A DNA stretch of 64,000 bases from an uncultured Methanomicrobiales archaeon (GTDB lineage: Archaea; Halobacteriota; Methanomicrobia; Methanomicrobiales; Methanospirillaceae): positions 1 through 64,000 of the forward strand of contig CAVWXH010000002.1 of assembly GCA_963758915.1 (NCBI GenBank). The letters are read 5' to 3'. A model generated the notes under the pieces. It worked only from the letters and a program-made list of their open reading frames with translations. It did no database searches and was not told where the DNA came from. Position numbers and translations under genes: made by a program. Shown in pieces: positions 61,852 to 64,000 of the stretch (position 1 is the stretch's first letter; each line of letters starts with the position of its first letter).

Positions 61852-63100
61852 ATGGGAATTCGATTTTTCCGCGGCCAGAAGACAAAATTCGAACATGAGC
61901 ACCACCAGCTCAAAGAGATAGCCCGCATTGTCGTGAAAGAATTTCCGGATGAACCGGTGTACCTCCTGACCAACGTCCTCGTCGCGAACGGGGAACTTGA
62001 CTGCGTGGTCCTCACCCGTCACGGCCCTCTTATCCTTGACCTGAAGGCATATTCCGGGACTATCCGTGGGTCAGAGAACGGGAAATGGCAGGTCGAAACA
62101 AAGGACGGGGTGCATTCACTCCCTAACCTGTTCATCCAGTCCAAAATCCACCGGCAGGACTTTATTGACAAGATGATCACAATCTGCCGGACCCATTTCC
62201 CTCATATCGGTGAAATTAACCTAAAAAAAATCGGTTCCTGGGCGTATTTCTGCAAGGGAAGTGTCTACCCGGCGGGACAGATTGATTTTCGCCGGGTGAA
62301 ATGGTTCCGTGTTGTAACGGCAGAAAGCCTGGCCGAAAAACTTCGTTTTACCGATGCCGGTTACACCCTCCGTCCTGAAGACATGGATGCCATTGTCACT
62401 GGACCTTCACCTCCAGGAATACTCTTTTTTCACAGACAAGGAAATTAAACGGTCCGCCGCGGGCAAACCCGGAGGTTTCCTCGGGACTACCCGGCGGAAG
62501 ATCCTTGTAGCCCTGGTGATTATTGCTGCACTGGTCCTGATTATTCCTGGAATGAACATGATGGTTACCGATACGGCTTCAGGGGCCGCGAGTGCAGGCG
62601 GGTCATTGTTGCAGTCTGTCTCAAAAGAGACGCTCAAGAGTGCTTCAAGACCGTCGGACTCATCTGATGCACTGGCCTATCTTAACCAGTTCAGGGAACA
62701 GGACGGAAGAAAACCATTATACTTTGACGAACGGCTCTACAACCTCTCCCTTGTCCGTGCCCAGGACATGCAGCAGTACGAGTATCTTGCCTATGTCAAC
62801 CCCAGGACCGGGACCTGTGCAAACTCCCTGAAGACCAGGTACGGGCTGTCAGTCGATGAAAACGTGGTTGAGAGTGCCTATGGGCAATGGAACGGGTACA
62901 CCCGTGGGATTGAAAAGCAGGCAATTGATTCATGGATGAAAGAACCCGGGAACAGGTACCAGTTACTCCGGAATTATAGCGCGGGGGCCATCTCCTGTTC
63001 AGGCGGGTACTGCTCATTTATTGGCCTGAATTATGACCGGACGGGAAACGAATGTCAGACCGGGCCTTCTGGTATGAACATGACCTTCTTGATATCCACC
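61852..63100 (+). CDS. NERD nuclease - TM - CAP(SCP) domain fusion, apparent +1 insertion near 62404; 3' end uncertain
   Basis: NERD motif ELDCVVL..HG..ILDLK.Y.G; frame restored as VTGLHLQEY; TM ILVALVIIAALVLII; CAP motifs LN.FR...G..PL..D.RL...RAQDM, E, I..WM..PGNR..LL. Confidence 0.7.
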
Positions 63101-63215
63101 ATAGAGAACAGGTTTTTTGCCTGGTTACCTAAAAGGGCACACGGAAGTGATAATATCCGGTTTTATTATGATTTTTCAGGCTCTTTAAAATCCAGTACAT
63201 TAAAAAAAAGGGTTC

Positions 63216-63277
63216 TGTTGAAACCCACATGAACGGGAAGTTCATACCCGGACGATTGAAAATGCCACGTTCAAAAT
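63216..63277 (+). repeat. ~60-bp direct repeat, right copy
   Basis: Matches 61447-61507, including the TGAAC-GGGAA-GTTCA hairpin. Confidence 0.8.
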
Positions 63278-63311
63278 CCCTTCATATTGCTGGCCGTTCA
63301 GGTATTTTCAT

Positions 63312-63560
63312 ATTTAAACACTGCATATTTAGAAAAAGAGGAAAAACGTTGACAGGAGGGGTTTTCATCCCCTCCCTGACCCACCCCAATAAAATATCCT
63401 TTGGCAGGGTTCAATGGGGGTATTCCAGAAGAATTCTGAGATTTTGAGGCAATATCCTATCCCAACCTGGGTCGCCAAAGTGGCGGGTCATGAGTCCCGG
63501 GGTTGCCAAGGGATGGATGGTTCAACAAATCATGATTTGTCAGATGGTTGTAAGATATTA
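63312..63560 (-). repeat. Dispersed intergenic repeat, copy 8 (reverse orientation)
   Basis: TGCATATTTAGAAAAAGAGGAAA, GGAGGGGTTTTCATCCCCTCCCTG, ATATCCTTTGGCA, CCTATCCCAACCTGGGTCGCCA; near full-length match to the reverse complement of 10352-10539. Confidence 0.87.
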
Positions 63561-63593
63561 ACCGTATCACCAGGACCCCTGGATAAAAAAAGG

Positions 63594-64000
63594 TCAGAAT
63601 TTTCTGGCCGCAATAAACAGCCCGAGAATTCCAAGTGCATAAATAGGCAGGAATATTGATCCTGGCGCTTTGGTTGTTGGAATTAGAGATTCCGTCACCC
63701 TGCCGGGTGGTGGAGTCATTGTTGTGGTAACCGCTGGTGTTGCAGGGGATATGGCGGGTGTTGAGGCCGGCGCAGGTGCTGCCAGCCCCTGGTTCACGTG
63801 AATAATAAACGTTGAGACTGGCTGCAGCCCTACTATTCCTGCCTTACCCGGGCATTTCTCTGCGAGCCCCTGCCCTTTGACAAACGTGATTACCACACTT
63901 GAATTATCATTCCGGCCATTGTAAACGACTTTCTCGCCGGACCCGAGGATCTTTTGGAGGACCGTCCTGTCTGTACTATTCAGTATGATAGCGGTGGATA
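63594..64000 (-). CDS. C-terminal part of a surface protein (5' end beyond window)
   Basis: Frame open to the window edge; Pro/Thr linker then PTTKAPG + TM + RKF. Confidence 0.7.
   Translation of the reverse strand, partial: STAIILNSTDRTVLQKILGSGEKVVYNGRNDNSSVVITFVKGQGLAEKCPGKAGIVGLQPVSTFIIHVNQGLAAPAPASTPAISPATPAVTTTMTPPPGRVTESLIPTTKAPGSIFLPIYALGILGLFIAARKF

Noticed and set aside
63100-63447. C-terminal tail of the CAP ORF and the following 72-aa ORF
   Set aside because: Both run through AT-rich repeat DNA (direct repeat and copy 8), so they are likely non-coding read-through.
7058-63560. CRISPR array interpretation of the repeats
   Set aside because: The copies are long, diverged and dispersed, with no regular repeat-spacer periodicity and no cas genes.
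1-64000. tRNA/rRNA genes
   Set aside because: No cloverleaf with T-loop/D-loop consensus or rRNA-like stretch was recognised in intergenic regions by eye; tRNAscan-SE would confirm.

Overview
Chromosomal segment of a hydrogenotrophic methanogenic archaeon, most consistent with Methanomicrobiales (Methanoregula/Methanolinea-like). The assignment is inferred from F420-dependent Cys-type fdhAB, methanofuran genes mfnD/mfnF, SepCysS, archaeal family-B polymerase, an mre11-rad50-nurA-herA operon and AGC-lipobox/PEGA surface proteins. The first ~34 kb is mostly core metabolism and DNA repair. From ~34 kb to the end it is a mosaic of accessory redox, transferase and surface genes plus purLQ, an ornithine decarboxylase and pscS. 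No rRNA, tRNA, CRISPR array or intact transposase was seen. Nine genes are split by single-base insertions, most likely read/assembly errors. The most notable unexplained signals are: (1) a dispersed ~200-400 bp structured non-coding repeat in 8 copies, mostly between convergent genes, with compensatory changes in one hairpin; (2) a hairpin leader with switch-like alternative pairing upstream of the ornithine decarboxylase, resembling the bacterial polyamine-linked ldcC motif; (3) a membrane-spanning NERD nuclease-CAP fusion flanked by direct repeats; (4) a 55-codon ORF translationally coupled inside the mre11-rad50 operon.
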